Shown: one piece after another, positions 1-12,366 of the stretch | Numbering within the stretch: the first letter of the stretch is position 1 | Layout of the letters: each line of letters starts with the position of its first letter | Origin: Selaginella moellendorffii | Lineage: Eukaryota; Plantae; Lycopodiophyta | DNA: 64,000 nucleotides | Assembly (NCBI RefSeq): GCF_000143415.4 | Contig: NW_003314375.1 | Location: 1 to 64,000, forward strand | Reading direction: 5' to 3' | Translations under genes and position numbers: made by a program | Notes under the pieces: model-generated | What the model was told of the DNA's origin: nothing | What the model saw: the letters and a program-made list of their open reading frames with translations, nothing else | Database searches by the model: none

Positions 1-145
1 TTAACTTACAAATTTTTCTTGTGAGAGTAGGTATAAATCAAGCTTGACTGCTTGAAACTTCCAACAAGGGACTTGAACTTCATATGCCACAGGTTTGCTT
101 TACATTACAAGTTAGATGTTTTAATAGTTTTGCTTTTTATTTTAG

Positions 146-3100
146 AAGAAGCGCCGAGGCCAACCTCAATGGTCTCGATCTCCAGGAAAAGGCAGCCGCC
201 TTGATCGCTGTGGGCTTGGCCGATTGAGTGGAGATTCATCTCAAGTATCCAATGAAGTTTCGGCTAGTCATGCTGGAGGCAACGATGAGTATAACAATGA
301 CGTGGATGTTGAGATGAACACTCAAATCGATGTTGGTGTTATTGAGGCTGTTGGTACTGGTGCTCCTGAGGCTGCGGGTACTGATGGTGGGGTACTTGCA
401 TCTGATGTTGGCGGTGGTGGGGGTGCTATGCCTTCGGTTGCTGAGGCTGCTCGCGGCCAGGTCAATGAACCAGCTGAGGACGTTATTGGTAGCGTTGTAG
501 GTGGATCTACTACAAAGGCTACTAGGGGCATGGTAGCTGCTCCTACTGCTCCTCAGGCTGGTGGTGCAGGGGGAGTTAATGGTGGTGAGGGATTATGCAT
601 GCATGATTCTGACACCATCTTGAATGATCGTGTTCGGGACACAATTATCCAAGCTCAAGAACGGACAGTCAGTAAAGTGTTACAGGAAATGGCGTGGAAT
701 GGCCCTCATCGATTTCTAGTTCCTTTGTGCCGATTGGTTCAAAGCCATTGCGTGCGCTCAGCTTACGACCTCAACATGGCTATCTAAAGCTCCTTTGCCG
801 AGGTCGGGTTTGGGAGCACAGCTGGTACCTTCATCGTTTCACCAACTTTCCCTGGAACCGGCCGGACAGAGTCAGTGACTACTGAACTTGAGGAAAAATG
901 GGATCCTATATGGCTGCGAAAGTCTCGTGAGTTTGATGGATTCTTAGGACAACATGTGGAGACAGCAGGGTTCATTGGAAAGCTCTTTTGGGTGATCGAT
1001 GGAAACCATAGGTGGCTGGCATTTTGGAAGTGCATTCAAGAGAAGTTCCGAGATGACGAAGAACGACACATTAGTGTTCCAGTCACACTTGTCGAACCAA
1101 TGACTCGGGAGCATACTGTGAAGCTCAACATGGCATGCCATAAGATCAACATGTAAGAATTTATTTTTTGTAAACTTAGCTAATATCGTGTTTTTGCAGG
1201 CTAAACCAATTTGCGTTTCAAGCTCATACATTGGTACATGACNNNNNNNNNNNNNNNNNNNNNNNNNNNNNNNNNNNNNNNNNNNNNNNNNNNNNNNNNN
1301 NNNNNNNNNNNNNNNNNNNNNNNNNNNNNNNNNNNNNNNNNNNNNNNNNNNNNNNNNNNNNNNNNNNNTACCAACTGCCACTTGATTTTCTAGTTGCTGT
1401 CTGGGCGAAGGTAAATTATTATTGAAGTATGTATCAACTTACATAATGTTTCTTGCAGCCCATAATCAAAGGAGAAAGAGCGTCATTCTTTAAAAATGCC
1501 CGAGGGGACGAGCAGCAGAAGGAGATGGAGTGGCATGCGATTGAGCAGCGAATTTTGAATACGAAGAGAACAAAGGTGAAAAAGTTGCTCTCGATTGCAG
1601 ACATACGACGCGGGCAGGAATGGCTTGATAGCATTGCCGAGATTTGTTCTCGCGTTCGTAAGTTCTTATAAAATTTGTGAAACATTTCATAACTCTTTGT
1701 GTGTGTAGGAACTGGTAAAGCACCGGAGGAACTCATTTACAACATCTCTAAGAGTAAAATGTCCTTTGCTGAACAAAGTGTCTGCTTGGAACTTCTCAAC
1801 ACTTGGCTGCGAAATAACGAAAAACGCTGCGAGATAAGGATGGAGAAGGTGATGAAGGAGAAGGCGTACATTTCTCAGAGTATTGCCGCTGGTGAGGAGA
1901 TGCTACAAGTCTGGGATGAGAAGTTTCTTTCCAGCACCCGCACAGGTATCACTCTCGAAGAATATATTCGTGCTTGTCTTGCGGAGCTAGGGAATGGTTG
2001 GCTTCCACGTGGTGGGACGAGTTCAGCTGAGTTCAAGAACCAACCAGGACAACCATTTCTTGCGAGGCGCATGGTTTACAGGTATTTTTTCAATTCTCAT
2101 TTATATGTTGGTATTTATATTTTTGTTTTACTTTGTAGATATTTAAAATATAGCCCCGGCGCACTGGTATACACAACCGGTGTTTTGCAGAAGCTCCTGA
2201 CTAGAGGCAAGAAGCTTGGGATGTATGAGCCAGAGTTCTACTGTCCTTGTACACATGAGAGGGAGCTATGCCCATGGTACCTTGAACTCGTGGAGCAGAT
2301 GCCAACATCGGACTTCGAGCTAGATCTCTACCTTGAATGTCATCCAAGTTCACTTGAAACTCAGCACTTAGCTAGGAAATATTAACCTTGAGTTATATTC
2401 TTATTTTCCAGAGGCTCTTTCTGACTATGATAACGACGTTGTTGAAGTTCAACAACTAAACCTAGGAGTCAGCACTCAGGAAACCATTCAGGAGATGCCA
2501 AATCCAAATACCGTTGAACCAGAGGAAACTGTACAGGAAATTTCAGCACAAGAGATTCCAGTACCTGCTCCTCACAACCCCCGAAGGGGCCGTCATGAAG
2601 CCTTTCATGAGAGTAAGGACTTTGATTTGGAACATTCTTTTATTCATTCTTGACTTCACTTTTGTTTTTATAGATGTTGCAGAGAGCAGCCATCAGTCTT
2701 TTCGGCAGACTAAGACATTCTTCCCATCCCTCCCTACGGCTACAGATGACAACCTAGAAGAGCTCTCCTCTGCAGCAATGCATAAACAGGTTAGTAAGCA
2801 TGAATTTTATCTTCAACTTTTAGTTCTAATAATTGATTTTCAGGTTCGCCCTCTATCCCCAACGGCCAATGTTGGGGAAGTTGCTATTCTCATTGGGGAT
2901 TACACACAGCTTTTGGATGCTACTAGTCAGGAGCTCTACATGCTTGATCGGTGGATCCATGGTTTGGGTCAGCTCACATCTTATGGGAAGATCGATTTCA
3001 TCTTTTTTGATCTTCCCGATGGGATGGCACCACCACAGGGGGATACTCCGTCATGGAATGTGTTGCAGGCCCAACACATTTCCCAAGCTTTAAAGGTTGT

Positions 3101-3941
3101 GAGCAGCTTCATGACATACGAGGGTGTGGTTGTCATGATCCTTCCTCGCTCTCTAATGTGGGAAGGCCTTCTCGCACACTTGGCTGACAACGATGATGGA
3201 TTTGTTGAGTTTTCATCTGGCTGCCTTCTTTCGAGTATGGCGGTGGACACAAAAGGCACTAGCAGGCAGACGCGAAAGGTGTGTGACTTCTTTATTTATA
3301 AATTAACTCTATTCTATTTTTTTTTCCAGATTTATTCCTGGAACTACCATGCTCTATGCCACATTGGGAACCGGCGTAATGCCACACGAGCTGACGAGCG
3401 TGTTGCTCTTGCTTTACCAGGATATGACAGCTCTACAGACATCATCCCAAATGTGATTGACTCGGACGTTCTTCACCCAGCGTTCCCTGGTTATCGACAT
3501 CGTTCGGTCACGGCCATGCAAATCTTGTTGGAGTTATTTTGTCCACCAAAGGGGATTGTGCTTGATGCTACAGCGGGATTTGGATCAATGGTGCAGGCAG
3601 CAAAAGAGACAGGCCGAGCGGTTTTTGCACTTGAGAAGGAGGGTGCCTTTGAGGACATTCTTAGGAGATTTTGCAACAGGTGATATTAGTGCTTGAAATA
3701 ATCTATAATATTTATTCTCAAATGTTTCTATTTTATTAGGTCTACACTTATCACACACAGTGTTTCAGTCCACACGCTTGATCTTGATGATATAGATGAT
3801 CATATGGACCAAAGTCAATTCCACTTACCTATTTATGCTGAACGTATGGTACAACATTACATACAACACGAGCCTATAGTGAAGGAGCATTCCACTATAC
3901 CCATTTCTACTTTTCTGGATATGGAAGCAGAAGAAGATTGA
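146..3941 (+). pseudogene. Spliced ParB-like domain + beta-class N6-adenine/N4-cytosine DNA methyltransferase fusion gene (5' end probably upstream of window; one in-frame stop; N gap)
   Basis: ParB/Srx core FWVIDGNHRWLAF (ORF 875-1156). It is in the same frame as ORF 224-787, separated only by TAA at 785-787. C-terminal exons give IDFIFFDLPDG (motif IV, 3009-3023), MTYEGVVVMIL, then HPAFPGYRHRSVTAMQILLELFCPPKGIVLDATAGFGSMVQAAKETGRAVFALEKE (motif I, SAM binding), i.e. the beta-class order. Short AT-rich GT-AG introns at about 93-145, 1153-1199, 1411-1458, 1658-1708, 2082-2138, 2613-2673, 2790-2843, 3279-3329, 3680-3739. Last exon ends FLDMEAEED* at 3941. Confidence 0.75.
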
Positions 3942-4009
3942 ATATATTCTGATTTTATTATAAATTATATTGTTTAATATATTATTTTCTTTTTTTGTAG
4001 ACTAAAAGA

Positions 4010-4110
4010 TTAGTTCATGTCGAACCAATAATCTACATGAGCTTATGGAATACCTTAAACACCTAGATTTTATGTTAAAAATTCTTGGTTCGGGACGAAC
4101 TAAGGTAGTG
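4010..4110 (+). mobile_element. Probable right terminus of a CACTA/EnSpm-type DNA transposon with subterminal repeats
   Basis: Ends ...GGTAGTG at 4110 (reverse complement CACTACC). Preceded by hairpin CTTGGTTCG-GGA-CGAACTAAG (4084-4104) and a related inverted motif TTAGTTC-ATGT-CGAACCAA at 4010-4028. Sequence character changes right after 4110. Confidence 0.5.
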
Positions 4111-4265
4111 CCATTAAACTTTCGCTAGTTAGGGGATTGTATTGACTTCCTTTGACTTTTGTTGACTTTCATTGACTTGAGCTCAGTTCGTGAGCTCAGC
4201 TCAAAAACTACCCAGCCCCCATGTAACCCTTTCTCACTGATCATGCCAAAACTTGGTGGTGCCAA

Positions 4266-4499
4266 GTGTGTGCTAAAAAACCGCAGACTAGAAGCTGGAC
4301 CAAGATGTGGTCTCGTATCCGTAAGGAATACTTGCCGGATGATCTTGGTTTGAGATTTCGCGCAATGTTGCAATGCTTAAAGCAGCGAGGGGACCTCATG
4401 CATTACGTTAATGCGTTTGCTCAGAATCACATTTTGCATGCAAGTGCTGGATACGGGGAGGTGGTGCTTGTGGGATTGTACCAAACCCTTGTTTCATAG
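4266..4499 (+). mobile_element. Retrotransposon gag (capsid) fragment
   Basis: SWTKMWSRIRKEYLP...LQCLKQRGDLMHYVNAF fits the Ty3/gypsy gag pattern W..l...F.P...l..LkQ.g.v..Y...F. Confidence 0.55.
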
Positions 4500-7400
4500 G
4501 ACAACGAGCTTGGAGTTCGACTCCAAATTCAGGTGCGCTACAGCAGCAGAAACTTAAAACTCTAAGACTTACCAAGGACAGCCCATCTTGGACAAACACA
4601 ATTGAAGCCTTTCTCAACGAGGAGCACGCCCACATTGATAAAAGAATAGGCATGCAAGAGGACCAGATCCAAGAGATTGACACGCCTGAGCAAGTGGTGA
4701 AGGCTCAGTCAGGAGCGGGGAAGACTCAAGGTCGTGGAAAGGTGGCAAAAGCACTGCACTCCTCGAACGGGAACAATGATGTTAACAAGAAGAATGCCTC
4801 TCATAACATGAACAGGGAAACACTTGACCATGCAGAAGTGCACAAGGTAGTAGCAGCAGAAGAAGGTGAAAGCGACTTGGTCCACATCAACACGAAAGGA
4901 AAGGCTATGCAACCCTGTTAAGCTGACCTAGGCTATGCAAAGAGTAGTAGCAGAGAAGGAAGAGGAACTCTGCAAGAAGGCACTGATTGCTGTTTTTAGA
5001 ACAGGTCGTATGGCTAACAACTGGATCAATACAACATTGGGACAGGGAATCCTCATGAAGAAGATGCTGCCACACGGGAAGGGCTGTTACATAGTCGTCT
5101 TTGAGACAAAGGAGGCATGGTCTCAGGCGGAGGCCATGCATGGCCTCATTGACGAGCATTGGGTAGTGTCATTCCACCCATGGATCCCAAGGTTCACGGC
5201 AGAGGACCAGGCACATCTCAATGGTGGGAGCTTCTTAGTGAACATCACACTATGGGATGTCCCCATGGAAATGCAGATCACAATGGTGATTCAAGAGCTG
5301 GTTGAAGGGAGTACTGGCCAGATAGCGGCCGGCCTCAAAACTATAGAAGCAAAGGGGGTTCTTGGTCCCATCAGTCTCAAATTTTTTGTGTCAGCCCTAG
5401 TTGAAATCCTGACAGAGATTGTAGTGCTGGGCTAGCATATCAGGATCCAAACAGAGAACTCAGAACCTAGATGCAACTTTTGTCAATGTGCTGGACACCA
5501 AGAGGAGACTTGCTCAGCCAAGCAAAATAGGTTGGCCTCCCAAAAGCTGTTTGAGTTACCAGCAGAGTAGGAGAAGATCTTGAAAGCACGCCCTCTTGAC
5601 CAAGTTCCCACATTTGCTTCCCAGTTGCCCCACCACTCTTGGGCTCTTCTTCACAGCCCAAACTGTTTGAGGGACTCACCATGGACGTCAAAGGGGATGG
5701 CTTCCAGCCGGTCCTCCCTCGAACAATAGGAATGGTAGTCAGGTGGATTCCGTCTAAGCAGGAATTAAGTCCCACAGAGGCGGGAGACTAGCTGATGTGC
5801 CATGGAAGCACAGCCTTCCCGGAGGTCATCACTATTGGTGACTACCAGACACACATGGAGAGTGGCATCACTGAGTGGATAGGCTTTACACAAGGCTTCT
5901 CATGGACAAAGTATAGGGGGAAGATGACTGTAGTGTGGACCATCTTTACAGAATGGAGGGCGAGACCCCATAACTCCTCACTTTCTTAGAAGTACATAGC
6001 TCCATGACAACACTCACAATTGTCACTTGGAACTGTCGGGGACTCACCTGGACCAGCAGTCGACTCAAAAAAAGGGTGTAGCTCAAGTCCCACATCCATG
6101 AGATTAGCTTAGAAGGAGGCATTGACATCCTATGTCTACAGGAGCACAAAATGACTAAGGCTCTAGATTTCAACTTTAGTATGAGGGGACGGCTCTAGTG
6201 GAACCCGGCCACGCAAGCAATGACCAGATCAGGAGGTGGCATAGTAGTGGTTGTCTCAACCAAATGGTCTACTCAGGTACAAAACCACATTGTCTTGGTT
6301 CTGAGAAAGGCTTAGTTGCTCATCCTTCACCTCCACTTTGGATGGGTGGGGATAATTAACATCTATGCGCCATGAAAGAAAGGGAGACATGTAGAATTTT
6401 GGCTGAGCATGTTGCAGTCTGCCTAGGGGCAAGCAGATGAATGGCTGGTCCTGGTAGACTTCAACATGGTTGAGGACATCTATGATCGCAGGGGAATGCA
6501 AGAAACAATTCAGCCACACGAGTGGGAGCAGTGGAGTCAGCTTGTGGACATATTGGGGATCATGGACCTTCAACATGCTGCATGATTCGCACCTCACGCT
6601 CACCCTTTTACAAGGCAGTAGATAATGACCTCCCAGTCAAGACTAGACTGGATTTACGCCTCACCTCACATACGGCAGGATGGGGGAAGCCTCAAAACAT
6701 GGCTCAATTTCACCTCCTTCTCAGATCATGACCCCCTCCATTGTGTGATCAAGCTTCAAAGGGACAAAGGGACAGCAGTCTATTGATCAATCACAAGAGC
6801 AACAATGTGAGACTCAGTGGTGATCGGGTTTATACAGGACACTCTTGCACAAGACAAGATGGGGCTGATCCCAGTGCTCCTGTCTTGCTCCCAGAAGCTC
6901 TGGGTGTGCCAGAAGGATCTCAAAGGAGCGGCAATGAAGGATATAAGACTAGCCAGGTAGAAGGTGCCAGCGGCACACAAGATGTTGCTGAACACACAAA
7001 ATGAGCACAAGTGGCAAGTAGTACTGGATGAATGGGAAGTTGAGCTACATGACCTGGAGTATGCAGTGTGGACCAAAGGCGTTCGGGCCATGGAAGATGG
7101 ATGGGCCTTAAATGAACACCTTCTCAACAAGGCTTTCTTTAAGGGAATCAGGCTAGTGACCAACTCTCCTCCCATCCTAAGATTGAAGCACAATGACAAA
7201 AGGGTCATCGAGGATCAACCAGGAATGCAATAGCTCACCCAAGAGTTCTACCAAGCGCTATACATAGCCCAAGAGTGGACTCTAGAAAGGGAAAATGCAG
7301 CAATGGAAGTGCTTGCGTCCCTTCCCCGACGTGTCCCCCACGAGTGGTACGACTCACTAAGGACAGACTTCACACTAGTGGAGCTTCAGGAAGCACTCAA

Positions 7401-9600
7401 GAAGCTTAGCAACAACAAGCAGCTAGGTATCAATGGCCTCTTGCCCATTTTCTTTGAGGAGCACTAGGAGACTATAGGCCCGTTGCTACTACAAGCATGG
7501 TGAGATGCTCAACATGATGGGCCTTGCGAGATCCTCGAGGGCCAAATTGCACTTATCCCAAAGAGGGGGGACTTGCAGAAATTGAGGAATTGGAGGCCGA
7601 TCACTATGCTCAACACGTCCTACAAAGTCTATGCCAAACCAATGACCCTTAAGCTCCAAGCTGTTATGTTGTTGATCATTCAGGAGTAGCACAACTTGCA
7701 GCGTGGCTATTGGACTTTGAGAAGGCCTACGATCATGTGGACTAGAGGTTTCTGGAGGAGTGTATGCATATGATCAGCATCCTAAGAGAGATGGTCATTA
7801 GGATCTCGTTATTGTATAGAGGAGCTACAAGCAGAGCCACAATCAACAGCGAGACAGGACCGAGTTTTCAATTGGGACGCTCGGTACGCCAAAGGTGTCC
7901 ACTCGCACCCTATCTTTTTCTGATTGTGGCTGAGGCCCTGGGCACATTTCTAGCAGAAGGCAGGCACATCAAAGGACTCACCTTGCCGGTTGCAAGACAG
8001 CAACTTCCAGGAACCGCAAGGGTGACTCGGGAACTCTTGGATGGAGTATTCACAGATTACACAACCTTGCTCCTACTCATGACCAAGGAGAACCTGGACA
8101 CAACTAAGAAGGTGTTGGAGACTTTTAACCTTGTAGCTGGTGCAGCAATTAATTGGAACAAATCAGTGGGCATAAACTGTGGCCAGGCATTGAATCTTGG
8201 GGTTAGGACATCGGCTTCCAATGGCTCAAACTAGGAGAGGACACAAGATACTTGGGGATCCAGGTTGGTACTCAGTTCAGTGCAGCACTCTAGGATGAGA
8301 CCTTGCTCCAAAGGATACAAACGTCAATCCAGCAGTGGTGTAGCACATGTGATCATGGGATGAGATTTGAATATACTGTCACCGTGGATCCTTGGAACCT
8401 TGGGGGATAAATGGGGATAAAATAGCCACTAAGGGCTCTCTCATCAAGCAATTGCCCCTTTTCCAGTTGGCTTAAGGGGAGAGAGATAAGGTGCGCTACA
8501 AGTGGGCTCCTCGGAAACTCGGTTTGCTAGTGAGAGTGGTTGTAGCTAGGAGCATCATCCTGCCCAGCATTTGGTACCACCTTTCAATCTGCCCTATCCT
8601 CGAACATACTCTCAGAAAGGTATGCACAATGGTTCGTAAGTATGTGTGGTAGGGTGCACTTGTCACGGGTAGGATCATGGCCAAGGTCGTATGGCAATCA
8701 ATAGCACGTCAATGAGTCCTAGGAGGACTTGGAGTGATTGATCCAAGCAACATGGTGAAAGTGCTATGGTACAAAATCCTCTTTATGGGCCTTCAACTAG
8801 GTAACCAACCTTGGAGACTCATGTTTTGACAAAGCTTATTGGCAATTCGGCCAAGGAATAACACTACTAGACCGTGGGAGGAGGATCCATGTTGGCTTTT
8901 TGTTGAAGGGCTGAAGCAAGTAGTCAAGGGCGGCACACTGGTTCAAGGGTTTCTTAGGCTATGGAGCGAGTTTCCAGTCAATAAGGAAATGCCAAGGTGA
9001 GCAGAGGACTAGCTGAACCAACCCCTATTCTTTAATTACCTCTTCAAGGTGGACGACAGGACGCTAAACAAGGAAGACCACTACACAATCTGGAGAAAGT
9101 TGCATGGCGAAGGCTTTCGAACTCTCAAGCAACTGGTGGGAGTTCTTGACAAGGATAGGAGGAAGACTATGAGGTGAATGCAGGTCTTTAACCCAGGATG
9201 GTGGAGGAAAGTCCATCTCAATCTTCTTCACATCATCAGAGTGGTGAATGAGGCGAAGAAGGGGCAACTCTAGCCTAAGCGTTGTCTCAAACCTGGAGAC
9301 TTTGTGGCTCTGCAACAAGACATGGAGCCAGACAGGGAACGAGTCAGCTTGGGGGCCTAGACACAGGCGTTTACGGCCCTGACACCAGCTTGGGAGGATG
9401 GCAATGTGGAGGTGTGGTTCATTGTGTCTCCCAAACAGAATATCGGGCGTCCTTTTTGGGTTATGAGAGGCAACATGCTGCTGCCAGTAGGAGATGAACA
9501 GGCCATGTTGATGGTGACGGATGACGAAGTCAAGGACAGGATTCAAGTAGTACGACAGGCTTCGAGGCAGTTAGTGGTGGTTCAATCTATGGGCACACTA
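4500..9600 (+). mobile_element. Degenerate non-LTR retrotransposon (L1/Tx1-like LINE), ORF1 + APE endonuclease-RT ORF2
   Basis: ORF1-like 4935-5435 (HWVVSFHPWIPRF). APE motifs LTIVTWNCRGL (~6010), DILCLQEHK (~6125) and SDH (~6722). RT motifs LRNWRPITMLNTSYKVYAK (~7580), LDFEKAYDHV (~7710), SVRQRCPLAPYLFLIVAEAL, FTDY (decayed FADD). Many stops and frameshifts. Boundaries approximate. Confidence 0.88.
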
Positions 9601-11967
9601 GAGGGGGATGGCATTCTCAGATGGTGGCGATAGCAACTCATCGAGGATCTGGATTGAGACCCAATAGCATGGAAACGAGGAGCAAAGAGCTTCTTCTTGT
9701 TTGAAACCAAGGAAGCATGGGATGGTCTCTTGACCAGTAGGAGGAGGCCTGAGGGGAGATCCCCAAGCTCTGGAAGAAATGGATTGAGCAAGGAGTTGAA
9801 GCAAATCAAGCGGTGGACAACATGCTGGTTTCTAAAAGCTATCGGTACAGGAGAAAGTCAAGTCCACCTCTTGGTTGGTGGCAAACAACAGGCTGTCAGT
9901 AGGACAGTGGTTTCGGGAGGAAGCATGCCGATGATGCAAAGAGTGTGGCAAGCTAGAGATAGTACGCCATGCACTTTGAGAATGCAATATAGCAAGAGAG
10001 GTATGGTGACAGATCTTTAAGGTGATGCAGAAATTAGGAGACATTCCAGAGTTCGAGGCTATGCAACAATTATATCAAAGAAATAGCCATTTTCACAAAC
10101 TTATGTTGGAAACGTTAATAATAATTAGCCATACCAAGAAAATTGTGTAACTTGACTATTGAAGTTGGTATAGGCCAATTTTCCATCACAACCACCTTCC
10201 TTAGATTTGTCTTGCACTTTTAAATGTTATAACATCCACTTCCAACTTTGCAAATTCACATTTGCTCTTCTTTGTGTAAAGTTTGCTATCATATAGTAAC
10301 AAAATGACTTTATGCAAATACACCTTATACTCCTTATGCAAGCATACTTGTCTAAGAAAATCTCTATAACTCTAAATTCAAATGCTTACACGAATATGTT
10401 AATGCCAATATCAACATGCAAAATAGAACCAAACAGAGTTTTGTGTTACCATGTTAGCTAGTGGAGTACCCATATCTTTATATTAGGCCACTGGTAATAT
10501 GAAAATATGGAATTTAAGTTTAAACCCAAATTGAATGCAAAATAAAAATAGATATATAAGCAAGAACTAAACTATCCCTCAAATTGGCCAACCATGCCCA
10601 ACTTACCTATCATCCTTACTATATATTTAAGAACCCCACCCCCCCCACCCCGAACACAGTAAAATATCTTTTAGTGAATATTGAGGGATTAAACTCAATA
10701 TTACAGGGGTTCCTAACATTAGGAAGTGTAAGCTAAAGAATGAGTTTCTCTAACCAAATCAAATATATTTGACTAATAACATTTAGGAATTCCATCTTTA
10801 TGCCCTTTTAGTTAATTTCACATATAAAAACCAGTGTTTTAACTAGTTTGGGTGGAGACTGACAAAAGGGTTTAATAAGACTAACCTTTTGCCATTGTGA
10901 CAAGTAACTTTTGATATTTACAATTATATTCATGACACTTTCCCCCCTTTAAGGAAAATTAACATCCTTGTCAATGTAGACTTTAGTTTAGACTATTGCT
11001 ATGAAAACAACCCAAAAACAATTCACGATGTTCACACTTTGTGAGAAATGCATCAACTTAAATGAGTTAAGGGGTAACTTCTTTGTCTAACGCAATTCAA
11101 ACGCCTTCTGATTGTCACTAATAAAGAAATAATCAATGGAGTTAACCACCCTTGTTGTTCTAGGTGTCATCCTATTTACAAAAGATGATATGCCCTTATC
11201 CATAAGTGATATAGAGAGAAAACCTAGAGGCTAATATTGTTGAAGTGGATAGGAGGTATAGCGCCAAGAAGCCTAATAAAATAAGTTTGAGATGATGACA
11301 AAACTTCAAATAGTTTTCACAAGAAAAACAAATATAGATTTTATAGTATAATACTAGTTTAGCTTATTTCACATGTTTACCAAGTTTTATTTATAACCTT
11401 CAATAAATTATACAGATTAACCATTCTTATAGGCCAAATATTGGTGTTTAAAATTTTTTTTTTACTTAAGCAAACCTAGAATATGATTGGATATTTTAGG
11501 ATATTCTACTGTTATTATTTATTTAGACTAATCTTGTATAAGATTTCCTAAACACTTCTTAGAACAAGAAAATAGTCAGTAATATATAGATTCTATTTGG
11601 CCCCAGCCAGAAATTAAACCATACACAAATGCTATATATGGTTGATACACAATAAAATTAATCTGAATGATCAACAAAAGCATATTGCTGCTGATTTAAT
11701 GTTATTTTTTAAGAATTAATAAATAATAACATTTATTAATAATTATAAACATGTTTATAATTTATAAATCAAGATTAATCTTATTGCATACCAAATATTA
11801 AATGTGTTTAGGAAGATTTAAACATGTTTATAAACTAGATCAAACAACAACCATTAGATGTTAGAATATTATAGAATATCTAAGTACAGAAAATTATAAA
11901 AATAATTAGAATTTATTTTTTAAAAATGATTAATTTAAATCTATATTATGGAATATACTAGAATACC

Positions 11968-12305
11968 TTAAGCAAAAAGCTCAGCATATTCACTCTTAAG
12001 GACCACAGAAACGTTTGCTCTTGCTTCAAAAAAGGAAGGGTAAGGAATTAAAAAGACATGAACTTTTTAGACTTACTCCTGAAGATGCTTGCTTGTTTCT
12101 CCGTCAACAAAGCATAGATGGATTTCTCGTGGCAACCCAAGTAGACAGGACGCACTGGGCCAGGAAGCATATTGAGCAATTCCACATAGGGCGTGATATT
12201 CTCAGGCTCTGGAATCAAGAACAATTTGAGATGATGATCTGGATGTATTTTGAGCGCATTTACTAGGAGAAGCGCCACAAGCAAGAGAAATATAGACTTC
12301 CACAT
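11968..12305 (-). CDS. Secreted stand-alone subtilase propeptide-like (I9 inhibitor) protein, copy 2; 2 exons
   Basis: MWKSIFLLLVALLLVNA signal peptide...YALLTEKQASIFR, intron, then TRANVSVVLKSEYAELFA*. Paralog of 31148-31486 and homologous to the N-terminus of the subtilase at 35627. Confidence 0.65.
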
Positions 12306-12366
12306 AGTGCTGTTAGGTTTGGAAAACGCGTGCCCTAATAGGATTAAATCGGCCCGGCCCACCCAT

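Noticed and set aside
1243-1368. N runs here and at 23488-23587
   Set aside because: Assembly gaps, not biological features
2514-3683. Treating the 389-aa ORF as the real MTase protein
   Set aside because: It reads through stop-free introns (F/I/L-rich stretches at 2613-2673, 2790-2843, 3279-3329), and its first ~33 residues are off-frame relative to the likely exon
1-4110. Bacterial or phage contamination as the source of the ParB-MTase
   Set aside because: The gene has multiple spliceosomal-type introns of the host's size class and is contiguous with plant retroelements
4084-4110. Helitron 3' end
   Set aside because: The hairpin is followed immediately by GTAGTG and not by CTRR about 10-12 nt downstream; a CACTA terminus fits better
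10020-11960. Possible decayed DNA-transposase remnant in AT-rich DNA
   Set aside because: No motif or terminal repeat I can support
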